Position numbers and translations under genes: made by a program. A DNA stretch of 64,000 bases from Somniosus microcephalus (Eukaryota). Shown one piece after another: positions 24,670-37,942 of this stretch. The notes beneath the pieces are model-generated. The model searched no databases and was not told where the DNA came from. It saw only the letters and a program-made list of their open reading frames with translations. The stretch covers positions 95,604,001 to 95,668,000 of the forward strand of contig CM126215.1 in the NCBI GenBank assembly GCA_052327205.1. The letters are read 5' to 3'. The number at the start of each line of letters is the position of its first letter. Position 1 is the stretch's first letter.

Positions 24670-24830
24670 GTCCAAAGATGTGCGGGTTAGGTTGATTGGC
24701 TATGATAAATTGACCCTTAGTGTTAGGGGGATTAAATACGTGGGGTTACGGGGATAGGGTGGGATATGTGTCGGTGCAGGCTCGATGGGCCGAAATGGCC
24801 TCTATCTGCACTGTGGGGTTTCTGTTCTGT
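24670..24830 (+). mobile_element. 5'-truncated V-SINE (HE1-like)
   Basis: Near-identical to the 3' half of 12431-12788. Confidence 0.88.
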
Positions 24831-26565
24831 TCTTAACCACATGTGACTAATTTGGAATCCAGATGTGGCTAGTTGCATTTTTGATTTGTAAATGAAAAAT
24901 GAGTAATAAACACCATCGTTGGGCGTGTGATCTCCATACTCATATTTGCACATCATATGCACATGTACTTTAGCCTTTTTGTGACTTTGTTGGTAAAATA
25001 GTAAGACGGAAAGCAGAGTGCAAGTGTCTTTTTGATAGTGTGTGTATTACTTCCTTGGTTACTGCTTATTGGTTATCTGCTAAAATGCTGTGTAACACGG
25101 GTGAAACAGCACCATGGGGACACCAGCAAGCTGTCAGGGAGGGCGGCTGGACCAATCGGAATAACCGCTCTAGGTAAGCCCAAGCAATAATGAGAAGCTC
25201 CAACAGGGCACATCATGGCAAAGGCCAAGCAGCATCCAACCATGATCTGGATGTAGAGCAGGCGTGGGTCTGGTGCGTCTCGTTATACGAGTCAACATTC
25301 TCAACAATCATTCTGATGAAGTCAAGAAACCGTTCACAACTGCTGGGCAAAAACATAGAAGCTTCACTAAGATGTGATGTGTTTGATACATTTTTGCCAG
25401 AATTCTGAACTTTGGTGAAAGAGAAACACTGCAAAATTTTGTACTGAAAGATGGTAGATGTTTCTTAAGTAAATATGCACGTGAAGTACGTTTGCCTGTA
25501 TTGTATGTAAGGCGTTTTATGCTAAAATGAGTGCATGTGGCTAAAATGGTGCCGCCACAGGTCGGTGATTTCTATCGGACAGCATTAGGATAAATCATCC
25601 AATGTGTGTGAGGCCCCAATGATGGTACAGGGCTTCGGAAAGTTACGCCTGTTTCTCTCTTCCAGCAATGGCCACTGCTTGCCCCCACGCTCTTTCGTTT
25701 TATCTCCCTCTTTGTCATTTACTCTTTCTGTTTCCCTCTTTGTCTCTGTGTGCTTCTCACATACTTGTTCTTGTTTTTCTGTATCTCTCTGTGTCCCTAT
25801 TCATTTTGAGAAAAAGAGGAGATTGTTTTTTAAACCCATACCTTAAATGGGGAGTAGAGCTAACTGGTTTTATTAACTGGCGTAATGTCAAAATACTGAA
25901 TGTGAAAGAAGTCAGATGGACATTCTCAGAGGAAGCCAGGCCCAATGAAGGGACACCCGCTCATCAAGCTCAGAATTAGTTGACCAGGAAAGGTTAAGTG
26001 AGCCTGCTAGTAGGGATAGTGTGTGAGAAAATGTTTTTTATCTTGCTCTCAAGGAGGCTTCTGTATTTAGTTGAATCAAGGTGAAATTTGATAATAATTG
26101 TTAACGCCATCCATTCACTTGCTGTCTATAAAATAAAGTAGCTTAAAGATTCATATTTGGCCTTGTCTCACTAAGTGTTTCAGTCTGCGGAAAGATTGGA
26201 GAAGTGTGCGAAATACATTGGGCTGAAATTTGCGCTCGGAGGCATACCTCCGGAGACGCCTGCGACCTGAAAAATAATCTGAAACTATCTGTTAGCTCCC
26301 GGGCTTCGGCGAGTTCGGGTCCCGGGCCTGCGGGCGTACGCCTGTGGAAAGGCCCAGGGACGCAGGCAGTTCGGAAGCTTCCCTGGAATCACGTGGACCA
26401 GGTCCTCCTATCAGAAAGGAGGATTCCATTGCTGTCATTTCCGAACCAAATCCCCTAATGACAAGAAATGGAATCCCCAAATAATTAAAGAATTTACACA
26501 ATTCTAATAAAAATAAATGTTCCCATTTTCACATTTAATTAAAAGTCTTTTTAATGAAGCATTTA

Positions 26566-27195
26566 CACTAGGGTTTATTTGTAGAGGGAATTCATTGAAA
26601 AGTAGTGACGGTATGCTAAACCTGTATCGAACCTTGGTTAGACCACACTTGGAGTACTGCGTACAATTCTGGTCGCCATATTATAAAAAGGATATAGAGG
26701 CACTGGAGAGGGTGCAGAGAAGATTTACAAGGGTGATACCAGAAATGCGAGGGTATACCAATCAGGAAAGGATGAACAGGCTGGGTCTCTTTTCTCTTGA
26801 AAGGAGAATCCTGAGGGGTGACCTAATAGAGGTCTTTAAAATTATGAAAGGTTTTAATAGAGTGGATACAGAGAGAATGTTTCCACTTGTAGGAAAGAGC
26901 AAAACTAGAGATCATCAATACAGGTATAAGATAGTCACCAAGAAATCCAATAGGCAATTCAGAAGGAACTTCTTTACCCAGAGAGTGGTGAGAATGTGGA
27001 ACTCGCTATCACAGGGAGTGGTTGAAGCGAATAGTATCGATGCATTTAAGGGGAGGCTGGATAAGCATATGAGGGAGAAGGGAATAGAGGGTTATGCTGA
27101 TAGTTAGATGAGGAAAGACAGGAGGAGGCTGGAGTGGAGCATAAACGCCAGCATGGACTGGTTGGGCCAAATGGCCTGTTTCTGTGCCATATAAA
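26566..27195 (+). mobile_element. CR1-clade LINE 3' fragment with open ORF2 C-terminus
   Basis: ORF 26517-27107: LYRTLVRPHLEYCVQFWSP...LRGDLIEVFKIM...FFTQRVVRMWNSL; CR1 3' hairpin gggccaaatggcc. Confidence 0.92.
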
Positions 27196-27267
27196 AATGT
27201 TTAAATTTTTTGAAAAATAATTTTAAATATTTTAATCCGGACCAAAATTTGCATAAACTAATTTGAA

Positions 27268-28064
27268 GGGCTAGATTTTCTGAATGGGGAGCTTTTGGAG
27301 GCGGGACTGCTGCTTGCTGGCTTTCAATCCCACCTCCATCAGCTTCTGGCCAATCAGTGGGATTTTCCCCTGATTGACCCAGCGGGCTCAGCAGGCCAAT
27401 TAGGGGGAAGTCAGTGACAGAGCACGTCAACATCTGACGTGCCATCTGTCAAGATTTTTTGAAAGAAAAAGTCAGCGTTTGACAGCTCTGTGAAGCTGTC
27501 AAACATTGACATTCTGTGTAGTTTGATGAGTCCTTGTGTTCAGGACTCATCAAACCTTTCAACTTTGCAGAAATCACCTGGCTGGATTGGAGGATCCAAC
27601 AGCCAGTCTGTGATATTTACAATGGAGATGTCAGGACTCCGGCTCCACAGCGGCTGTAGGCAGAAACAAAGGTAAGTGAACATTTTCTAACACTTTTCAC
27701 TCGCCTTACCACTCCACACTTGCGCCCATCACTCACCTCTACAATGCACTTTCAGAGCCCTCCGACCCCCGCAGACCTCCTACTCGGCTCCTCCACCCTG
27801 ACAGGGTTCCCTAAGGTCAGGAAGCCTGCACATCGAAACGAAAAATGGGGATAATCCTATTTTCTGCCTGTTAACAGGCAGTTAATGGGCTTTAATCCCT
27901 TTCCCGCCTCGGAGACGGGACCCAGGGCAGGATGGCTACCCGCCTCCTGGCAAGAGGGCACGGAGGCGGGATGGGGGTGGGTTTGCCACCTGCCCCCAAA
28001 TTCTGCAACTTTACCGGCAGTCCCGCTCCATACCCGCCTCCTCGGGGCTGACAAAATCCAGCCC
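27268..28064 (+). mobile_element. Harbinger MITE family A, copy 2
   Basis: TIR gggctagatttt / aaaatccagccc; TSD GAA (27265-27267/28065-28067). Confidence 0.88.
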
Positions 28065-28800
28065 GAAGTGTTTGTGGATGATTTTTTATCTTAATTTTAA
28101 TTTAACATTTATATTAACCCTTGCGCTGGTGAAAGCAAGCCCTATGCCTGCTTTCACCAGGCGTAAGAGTTTCACGCCAGCGAAAGTGATTTTTCTTTCG
28201 GTTCAGAGGATCTGTTCCGACGAACCTTGACAGATCGCAAGTTCCAGGGTTTCGCGTATGCGGGGCCTTTTACCAGGCTTATGACAGCGTATGCCATCAT
28301 TGGCCCTGCAAAATCCAGGCCAACACATCCAGTTTAGATCACAAGGAAGTACTAGTGCTACAGCTTTGTGTTATGCCCTTATTTTATTATATATACTGGC
28401 AGTAGGGGCACACTACTGAACACAAGATGCTCAGACCACTTATGGGAGTGACCAACACTGCTTGCCCAGAGAGGATATGTAAGGTAAGACTGAAACTTGT
28501 ACGTTTCACCTCAACCTGTCTTGTGCTTTAAAGCGACAGTCACATCTCTGGGTAACATTGCAGTTTCATATACAACAAGCTCGCATTTCAGGCATGCTTT
28601 TATTGAGGTGTCAAACGAAAGCCAGATGCTTCCCCGCCGGGAGAAAAGAAAGAAATGTTAACAGGTAAATCATTCTGGCTCACTCTTGCCCAGCCAGCTG
28701 GCTGGGAAGTGCGTTGGTAGAGAATTGACTGTGGGTTCCCCCCACTTCCCTCCGTCCCTCTCAAATTTGTGTGGTATACCTTTTTTTTTAATTTCCTCAG

Positions 28801-28957
28801 ATATTCCAAGGAAATTCTAACAATTACCAGGAAGTTCGGAACAACTTCATCCCACCCATTCTGGCCCGTTACATCCAGATTAATCCAATACAGTGGCACC
28901 AGAAGGCAGCACTGAAAGTAGAGCTGTTGGGCTGTCAGCCGTTCCAACCTTCTTTGG
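28801..28957 (+). CDS. DCBLD2: DCBLD2 exon, discoidin C-half: [52 protein letters not shown]
   Basis: Long pyrimidine tract + cctcag|, |gtaaga; 157 bp, phase 0 to 1. Confidence 0.96.
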
Positions 28958-31144
28958 GTAAGACTCCCTTAAAATACAAGGTGACCTTAAAGTACATGGA
29001 ACTAGCCACTTGTTTAGATCGATGGTAGGATCTTTTCTTGTGATTGAGATTGAGACAATGTCCTTCAGAGTTGAAATGCAATCAACATTTTTGTTAAGAT
29101 ACCTATATTTGTTTAGAAAGAAGCCCAGATACAGCAGCCCATCTTTGAAGAGTTAGGCTCACAGTTTACAAGGTTTGATTAATACCAAGTTACTCATTTG
29201 AATGGATGTGCCTTAGTTGGCTGAGGTTAGCCAGTTCCAACTGAGATGCAGCTCTGGAAAGTAGTGTATTCCTAGGCAGGAGGGGACTGGTTAGACTCGT
29301 TCCCCATTTTGTCAGATTACATCCTGCATTAGCCAAGCATAGGAATTGCTAGTCAACAAAAGACCACGGTCCATCTAGTTCGCCTTCTACCATCATGATA
29401 GTCGCATGATACAGTGATAATAGGGTTGTTGACTAAACATTGCAATCAATATCTACCAATGAGTCTACAACAGACCCAGAAATTACACAAGCAAAACGTC
29501 AGTGCTGGAGAGCTTTGGGACCCATGGGTCCAATATCACCTTTTTCCTCCCAAGCACGCTACACTTACCACGTCATTTCTCAAATCACTCATATACCGTA
29601 TCCCTAAAGGTAATTTTCTGAAAGAAATCTTTCTAATTTGAATTAATCAATACTTGAATCAATCAATACTAGAGTAGCACAAATTGCTTCCTTGACTTCC
29701 CTATCAGGAGGCAGCAGTTGGGATCCAAACTGAGGAAAAGTAGGGAAGATACAAATGTATTATATTAGCTCTACATTCACAAAGTCTTGCTTAACTACTA
29801 AAATGCAACTTTCTGCAAATGCTGAATTTTTACCGGAAAGAGAAAAGGCAATTGTAGAAAACATTGAAATGGTGCTTTGCAATGCAGTTTGGTAATGCCA
29901 TGTGTGACATGGGAACACTGAAAATCAGCTTCCCCAATGTACTCCCACTGTAACTGGCAGGAGTATGCGGAAACTAGGCCAGGACCTGGATACTCCAGGT
30001 CCCAGCCTTGCATTGTGGATTCTGAGATCACCTATTGGGTGCAAAGCCTCCAACCACCCCAAATATAGCAATCAATATAAGAGGATGCAGGGGCGGGAAT
30101 TACCTATGTTGGGACCTGGCATCTGGTTGGTGGACATATTCTTGGCAAGGCGGTCATGGGGACTACTCGAGGGGGTCCAGGCTGGAATTGAGGCCTGGAT
30201 CCCTGAAGAGAACTGGCATTTTAAAAACAATTCAATTAACCCCACACAATGCCAATTGTGCACACCCATCGCACTGGGGCCCCCAGTTGTGCCCCCTGTG
30301 CCACAGGTGCAGACCATTGGCATCAAACTGTGAGAACCTTCCCTTGACCTAACCAGCTTTGGTGGGGTCAGGAGCAGAGGTCCCAGGAAGACACATCCCA
30401 GCACTTGCCCCAGATGTCTTCACAACGCCCCCCCACCCCAAACCCCGCAGATTTTCTAGGCCTCACTGTCAGTGTTCACATCTGAATCAAGTGTTTTATC
30501 GTTTGGTCCCAGATGAATTCTCTATAGAGTAAGACCTAAAATAAGTTTCACACATTTCCAGAGCCCCACTAGTTGTGAGATATATTGATGAGCTCCATAA
30601 AATACAACCAGATTCTCAGTGCTCCTCATTTGCAGATTCCTTCATGAGGCACTTGCTGTTGCATCTAAACTTTGTCAAGTTGCACTTTTTTTTATTAGTT
30701 TAAAAAAAAGATAACCCAGGGATTGGAATTTGATTCTGTTTTTCTCTTAAAATCTCTTTCTATTGCCAATGTTTTGGCCTTGGCAAGCACGGTATAGTTA
30801 CTGTGGGTGCGCTCAGTTCTTCCACACTCGGACTCTTTACTCCAACTGTTTCCAGACAACAGTCACTGTTGCGTCGAGACATTTGCGAGCAGCAGTGCAG
30901 GAAGCGTTCTCACTGTTGCGTGTACGGTTTAGTCTAGGAGTACGCATATTGTCTCCAATCTGCAGGAACTGGTCCTGCGGTTACTTGTTTCTCTAGGGGC
31001 GAAGGTACAAACCTATAGTCTTAGGACTGATTTCCAGTGTACAGGAAAGGAGACTGGTCCTTTAAAGAGAGTTATCACAAGACTTAAAACATTTCTTGGC
31101 TAATTCTCCAAAGTTACATCATATTTCTGATATTTGTTTTGCAG

Positions 31145-31264
31145 CTCGTGCTCCATCTCAGTCTCTGCCTCCTCGGCTCAGCACAGAAATCCCTCCAAAG
31201 TTTGACGAAACTACATTTGCGCCAGACGTCAAGAACAATTCAGTGACTCCTAATGTAACTAAAG
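31145..31264 (+). CDS. DCBLD2: DCBLD2 stalk exon: RAPSQSLPPRLSTEIPPKFDETTFAPDVKNNSVTPNVTK
   Basis: ttgcag| ... |gtaaac, 120 bp; end matches recalled PDIRNTTVTPNVTK. Confidence 0.93.
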
Positions 31265-33155
31265 GTAAACCAAATCCACCTGTGAGGTCCTTTACTAACT
31301 GAAACATTGACTAATATCAATATCTGAGTGGCTACCAGTCACATTACAGGGGTGGGGTCATTTTACACCCAGCTGGAAATATTAATAGAAAAGTAAGAAA
31401 GTTGTTTTTTTTTTAAATGGAAGCCAATTTAACTTGTAAAATGAGATGACTGCAATAATAGCATTATTAGACCCGAGGAAAAAAATGTCACGTCTGTAAC
31501 TGTGTTATGACTCCTTTAACTCCCCTGTCATGAGTTCTGAGTTAATTGATGACTGAATGGTGTGAGAATCGCTAATATGTAAGGTAATGTGCAAAGCTTA
31601 TTCTTAATTAAGGTCAGATGATAGAATTAGACAAAGGGGCTTTGTAAATAGTTGTTATTCTATACTCCGGCAGTGCACAGTGCACTCCATTACATTTGGA
31701 GCAAGGCCACTGGTTTTCAATTTTCACAGAAAAATGGATGAAATTGTGGAATGGTAACTGGTAAAAATCCAGAAATCTCACTCAATTAAAACAACATTTG
31801 ACTCATTTAATCAAATCAGTGGTGCTGATTATAGGAAATATCAGCCCCTTTACATATGATAGGCAAAGCCCCAAGTTTCCGGCACTGACACGATGGGCCG
31901 AACGGCCTGCTTCTGTGCCATAAATTTTTATGATTCTAAGTTTTCTGGTTTCATGGAAAAACAAATAGAATTACATAATTCAGTCCCCAAAAACCAGTGA
32001 AAATCCTGGAAGTACATGCGAGATTTAACTTACTCAGTCATCATAAACCATTGGCCCTGGACATGATTTATTTTAATTTACATTGTTTGCAAGGAAAAAT
32101 ACGTTCTCTGTCTTTCATCCTTTAAACCTCCTCTCTTGAAGGTGGCAGTCTGTAGATGTGTATGATTCCACATGGAATAGCGCTCTAGACCCTCCCAGGT
32201 GGCCATTCTTGAGCCATCGGGGGACTTAATTCAGAAATACTCCCATACCCCATTATTAATCCTTGTGACCTGGTTGCCAGGCAGAGTCCTGAGTGGCATT
32301 CCATTACTTACTGTTAACCCACTACTTTGACAAATTGAGTGTTTAAATGCCTTTATGTACAAAGCTCTACTGATCCTAGGGTTGGCAATACAATGACAGA
32401 AGTTCAGATGTAGAGTTAGCCATTGCTTGTTGGACCGCATTGACTGGAGTTTGCTTCAGCCTGTGACTTGCCCATTGGTACTGCAGGCCAAATTTCACCA
32501 AAGCTTTCGGAGCCCCTAGAAAATACCAGGATAAAGTTTGAGAGACTTAACTCCTTTTTAGAGTCATCTCCCAGCTACATTCTGTCACTGTGCCACCTAA
32601 TCTACAAGACAACATTCTTAAAAAATCGATTCTTCAGTTATTTACATGTGCACCCAGCTCATTTTAAATGATTAATTCACTATCCACTTGAAAGAGAAGT
32701 TAAAGATGATTGAGGTAAACGGGAAGAATTTTCTAAAAGACTTGCACATGTGGAATTAGTATTACCAGTCAGGTTTATAAAAGTTCAAAGATTTTTTGCA
32801 TTGTGCTTCAATGCTCAAGATTACACATGCCTATTCAGCCCAAGAGTATAGATTTGTGTAAAGCTATAGAATATCATCAAATACCTCCTTGAGTGAGTGT
32901 GTATGTATAATACCTGCACAAATACAGCTGATATTATTGAAGGTTCCACTGCAGTGTACAGTGAAAGTTTGTGACTGTAAATGTTACTAGTTTGCCAGAG
33001 ACTTTCAAAGTATTTACAAACACAAACCGTTCAGTTTCGCATTTTAGATTTAAACATAGAAATATGAGATTACTGGCCTAATGGGTCTTTTTTTTTCAAA
33101 AAGCTAGTCAGTGCTTGGCTTTAGCTGAACTGCAGCTGTTTTCAATGGGTTTCAG

Positions 33156-33249
33156 ATGTGGCGTTGGCGGCTGTCCTGGTGCCTGTGTTAGTCATGGTGC
33201 TTACTGCCCTTATACTGGTCCTTGTATGTGGCTGGCATTGGAGAAACAG
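33156..33249 (+). CDS. DCBLD2: DCBLD2 transmembrane exon: [32 protein letters not shown]
   Basis: tttcag| ... |gtgagc, 94 bp. Confidence 0.97.
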
Positions 33250-33710
33250 GTGAGCAAGTGGTCAGCCAAGGAGCAGGGATTACAGAAATAAAGTTTATAT
33301 TCTTTTGAAAAAAGAATGAATAGCCTTGTTTAAACTTTTGAAATATTATTCCCGCTGTCCCAGTAATTCAATGATGAGATGTAATTTTTCTATTAAATTG
33401 GACTTTTGTATATTAAAAAATGTTAAAGCTGACTTGCTGAACTTGAGAAATGCATATAATAAAGCTCTGGATAATGTTTTTTCAGTCATTATAATAATTT
33501 TATTTATTAATTTTTGAGTTATGGTAGTTGGGCAGTCTCCATTCTTTCTGGATATAGACCCTTGTTGCTAAATGCCTTCATGCTAGATATACAAATTGTT
33601 TACTGGGGGTAATGTGCATGTATTTTCCTCTCTGGCGCCGTAAGTGCATTGTCTATTGATGTATTGTGTCCCATCCGTGCAGCTAATAACTGAAGTTATT
33701 TCCATTACAG

Positions 33711-33760
33711 AAAGAAGCCTGTAGCGGGGCCATATAACCTGCCCTATTGGGATCGAGCAG
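33711..33760 (+). CDS. DCBLD2: DCBLD2 50-bp exon: KKPVAGPYNLPYWDRA
   Basis: ttacag| ... |gtaggt; matches recalled YDLPYWDRAG. Confidence 0.95.
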
Positions 33761-34209
33761 GTAGGTGATGCTTGGGACTCTTTGCATCTGATGCCTCCAT
33801 CTGAGCAGGCAGATAGGGAGTCTGCTTTAGCATCTCATCCAAAAGACTGATAATACTGCACTGACCTGTCAACCCAAGATAGGTGCTCAGTTCGGCAGTG
33901 GGGCTTGAACCTGCAATCTTCTGATTGGCAGTGCTACTAACTGAGTCAAGCTGACATGGTACAAAAATGACTGCATTCCTGTGTAACGATACAGTATTTT
34001 CCTTCAGTGAAATCCCATGTCTCCAACCTCTGAAGTTTATCCACATGAGTGCCGGCACCACTGTTTTATTTTTAAATTAAGAAACAAAGGTGCAGGGACA
34101 AGGACCACAATGCAGGCACCAAAAGGATGAGGTATATCGGGAAGTAGTGACCAGGAACTAGATGACACCAAGCTTGTATTTTGAAAGTGTATGCAAGAGG
34201 AGGGAAAGA

Positions 34210-34770
34210 GTCATAGAGTCATAACAGCACAGAAGGAGGCCATTCGGCCCGTTGAGTCCGTGCTGGCTCTCTGTAGAGCAATCCAGTCAATTCCATTCCC
34301 CCGCTCTATCCCCGTAGCCCTGCAAGTTTATTTCCCTCAAGTGCCTATCCCGTTTCCCCTTGAAAACATTGAGTGTGTCCGCTTCCACCACTTCGAGTTC
34401 CAGGTCCTCACCACTCGCTGCGTAAAAAAAGTGTTTCCTCACGTCCCCCCTGTAACTCTTGCCCAAAACCTTAAATCTGTGTCCCCTAGTCCTTGTACCA
34501 TCAACTAGTGGGAACAGCCTTTCCCCGTCTAGCCTATCCAAACCCGTCATAATCTTGTACACCTCTATCAAATCACCCCTCAACCTCCTTTGCTCTAATG
34601 AAAACAAATCCAGCTTCTCCAACCTGTCCTTGTAGCTAAGATCCCCCATCCCCAGAACCATTCTGGTAAATCTCCTCTGCACCCTCTCAAGGGCCTTCAC
34701 ATCCTTCCTAAAGTGTGGTGACCAGAACTGGATGCAATACTCCAGTTATGGCCTAACCAGCACTTTATAA
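34210..34770 (-). mobile_element. CR1-clade LINE 3' fragment
   Basis: ORF 34287-34700 ([12 protein letters not shown]...RRLRGDLIEVYKIM); (actctatg)n tail. Confidence 0.9.
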
Positions 34771-36157
34771 AGAGTGAGGGATGCATGTAATAAAATCCTA
34801 GATAATGTTTTTCATTCATTATAATAATTTCATTTATTAATTTTTGAGTTATGATGGAGGATTGGGCAGCCACAATTCTTTCTGGATATAGACACTCGTT
34901 ACTAAAAGCCTTCATTCTAGAGATACAAATTGTTTACTGGGGGTAATGTGCATGCATTTTCCTCTCTGATGTTGTAGAGTTCCATAGTTATATGGTCCTA
35001 GGAAACAACGAGCTAGAGTAAAAGGCTGCGCAACGAATCTTGATTTCAACGGTGAGGATGTAGGGAGGAGGAAAAGCCTGTAGGATGGCATAGTTGGAGT
35101 TTAGAAGCCACAAGAGAAGACAGTTCAGAGGTACACTGACCATAGTGTAGTGATTTTAAAAAGAAGAAAAATTGTAACGGGGCTACAGATGAGAGAGAGC
35201 TTGCATATCAGGTTTAAAGATTCTGTCTATAGCAAAACATAATTTAAAGTTAGTGTCACACTAATGCAATCCATATTGTAACTTTATAAAGTCAGAAAGT
35301 GTAGTTGTTTAACAAAAATGGCTTTAAGTGTAATGAATGCAGGGAGACGGACATGATTTTATCTTATGAAGCCTGAATTAGGCCTAAATTAAAGAGCACT
35401 GTTGGTTTAAAATGAGAGGCCATATGAATAGGTGATTATTACATAGGCCTATGTTGCTGATTCTGCACACACACAAATGCAGGGCCGTACGGAAGTGTGT
35501 TCGCTGCCAGCAAATGAATCACAAGTGGAAAGTCCCGGGTGATCCAGACCCTTTTACCTTCTGTTAGCTTTTTTCCCTTAGCACTTTTTTTCTCAATTTT
35601 TATGATCTTCCTGAAACCTAATTGGACAAATGAGTACCATGTCACTGCCTGAAAGGGCGGTGTAAGCAGATTCAATAGTAACTTTCAAAAGGGAAATGGA
35701 TAAATACTTGGAGGAAAAAATATACAGGGCTTATAGGGAAAGAGCAGGGGAGTGCAACTAATTGGCTGGCTTTTTCAAAGAGCCAGCTATGGCACGATGG
35801 GCCGAATGGCCTCCTTGTGTGCTGTATCATTCTCTGACTGGAATCGGTAGCTCAGAAAGAGTAATTTAAATAAATGATCTATGCATACAAGAAAATGCTG
35901 GAAAAAATGTAAAATAAGCCAAGTTTCCCACATTTACGGCTTTGGAGAAGGAAATGATCCTTGGATTAGGTGGGATTGACTTGAGAGCTGGTCAATCTGC
36001 ACCAATATGTTTGCTTGCTGCTAAGTGGAACTCTCTTGGATTACTATCTGGCTATCAGTGTTACTGATAATATTCGGAGAGCATAGATAGCCTGTTTAGT
36101 TCTTCTGCCCAACAATACTGTGTGCGACTATGTAACTAACTGGGAATTATGGTGCAG

Positions 36158-36295
36158 GCTGGTGGAAGGGAATGAAGCAGTTTCTACCTGCGAAAAGCGC
36201 TGAACCTGATGACACTTCTGTGCGCTACAGCAGCAGCGAGATGACCCGCCTGAGAGCCCGAAATGCCAGCACAATGATCCAGACAGAACCTGCAG
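36158..36295 (+). CDS. DCBLD2: DCBLD2 cytoplasmic exon: WWKGMKQFLPAKSAEPDDTSVRYSSSEMTRLRARNASTMIQTEPA
   Basis: gtgcag| ... |gtattc, 138 bp; WWKGMKQFLPAK matches recalled DCBLD2. Confidence 0.95.
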
Positions 36296-37942
36296 GTATT
36301 CCACAGAAATAAACGCAGAGCCTGAACACTCACTAAAAGGCACAGTGCCACAAAGACACTCACTATAACACAGGATCAATAGTATCAAAGTTATGGTCAC
36401 AGCTGCAGAATGAATTGTTATGTAGATAAACGGCTGCAAAGTTTTCAAACTGCTTTCTCTTTTCCACCAGAAACTTTACTGTTGTAAAAATCTGGCGCAT
36501 ATTAACTCTTTCTGGGACCTGAATGTGCTGGCCAAACAGGTTGATATTCTGGTTGTTGGAAAGTGAGCCGGACTGGTGCCTTTTGCCTGTACTAATTACT
36601 GATTATGTTTTCATGGGGTTTTTTTTGCTTTGACTTTCCCTTCAATATTTCTCCCTTCTCCAGAAGATGCTGCCTCATGCAGGGGTACAGATCCACAGAT
36701 ACCAGCAGATTAAGTCAACAGTCTGTTCATTTGTGAGGTGAGGTAGTCTCACGGCAAAAGCTGATCCCATCCTCCCCCATCAACTCGCAGTGTAATAATG
36801 GGACACTGAATAGTGATCAGAAGCAGGAGCCCTGGCTGATTTTTTTCCCACTTCCTATCCCAGGGCCATTGGGCCCTCATTACTTCCTGAATTTAGATCA
36901 GCTCACTCTCTACAGAGCCGGGTGTTTCATTTTACTAAACGCTTATTCAACTGCTTCCCTTTCAATCTAAAATGATGTATGCATGTGACATTTTATAGTT
37001 TAAACAAGATTGAAGTTCAAACAAATATGTATTAAATATTGGTGACAGTTTGTTCAAATTTAAACATAGGTTGTGGTAAAACATTCAAATTCTGCCCAAA
37101 ATATTATGTAACATAAACTGGATGTTGCATACTGGCAAATGACTTATGGTATAGGCCAGAGAACAAGATTAGTTCTCACTAAGAGTAAATTTACAAGATA
37201 GAAGTATTTGTTTTAAGCCTGTCCTCCTTCTGAGCCCCAGTAAGTTGATTTAGCTACAAAGTTCATGACTGTGTCCTTGAGCTTTATTTTTCCTCCTGAA
37301 GGCAATTACTCTTGCTTGATACTGTGGCGTGGGCCTTATCCAAGTATCCATTCTTCAAGTATGAGCTCACACAGTTTAAGATCATTTTTTTTCCCTCTGG
37401 TAAATAACTGATTTTCAGAGGACTCTTCTGGGGCCCATTATTTAGATCCATGATTCCTTAGATTATGCGCTCTTCATGACATGAAACTACCGAGTACTTC
37501 ATCTCCAACCCGCACCCTACACGTGGGCATGGAGCTAAAGTCGGAGGTCAGGGCACTACACAGGCATTGTCTCACAGATTCAGCAGCTACTTACAGGGCA
37601 CCAGAGGCTAGAAGCACATTGCTATCCTGCTCCCTCTCAACTTCGAAGTGAGGTATGTAACAGCAATCCAGAGAAGAGTGGGGAGAAAGCATTTTGCTTT
37701 AACTGGAGTGTGAACGGAGGTTTATTTAAAACGACCCTGCATCTTCTTTTACCCTGGAGAGTGGCTGGTCTGCTGTCAATACTTGCTAGTTTGGTAGGCG
37801 TACCACAGGGAGAAAAGGTGTCATGCAGGAAACTGAGAATAATATCCCCTGATCAAAAACTATTATTACTTGGACAAAAGTGAAGAAAGGTAAAATAATG
37901 CCACTACATCATTCAGAGGGATGTTTTTATGTGTGTTTACAG

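Larger units (their letters stand above)
26220..28321. mobile_element. Harbinger-type non-autonomous element hosting a CR1 and a MITE
   Basis: Ends gggctgaaatttgc / gcaaaatccaggcc; TSD not clean. Confidence 0.55.
33450..34976 (+). repeat. ~190-bp diverged direct duplication (33450-33642 and 34781-34976)
   Basis: Shared blocks such as 'tttattaatttttgagttatg', 'attctttctggatatagac' and 'tacaaattgtttactgggggtaatgtgcatg'. Confidence 0.9.

Noticed and set aside
30800-31079. Further solo LTR (minus-strand AGTAAA, ends ...atcaca)
   Set aside because: No matching TSD or clear left terminus found.
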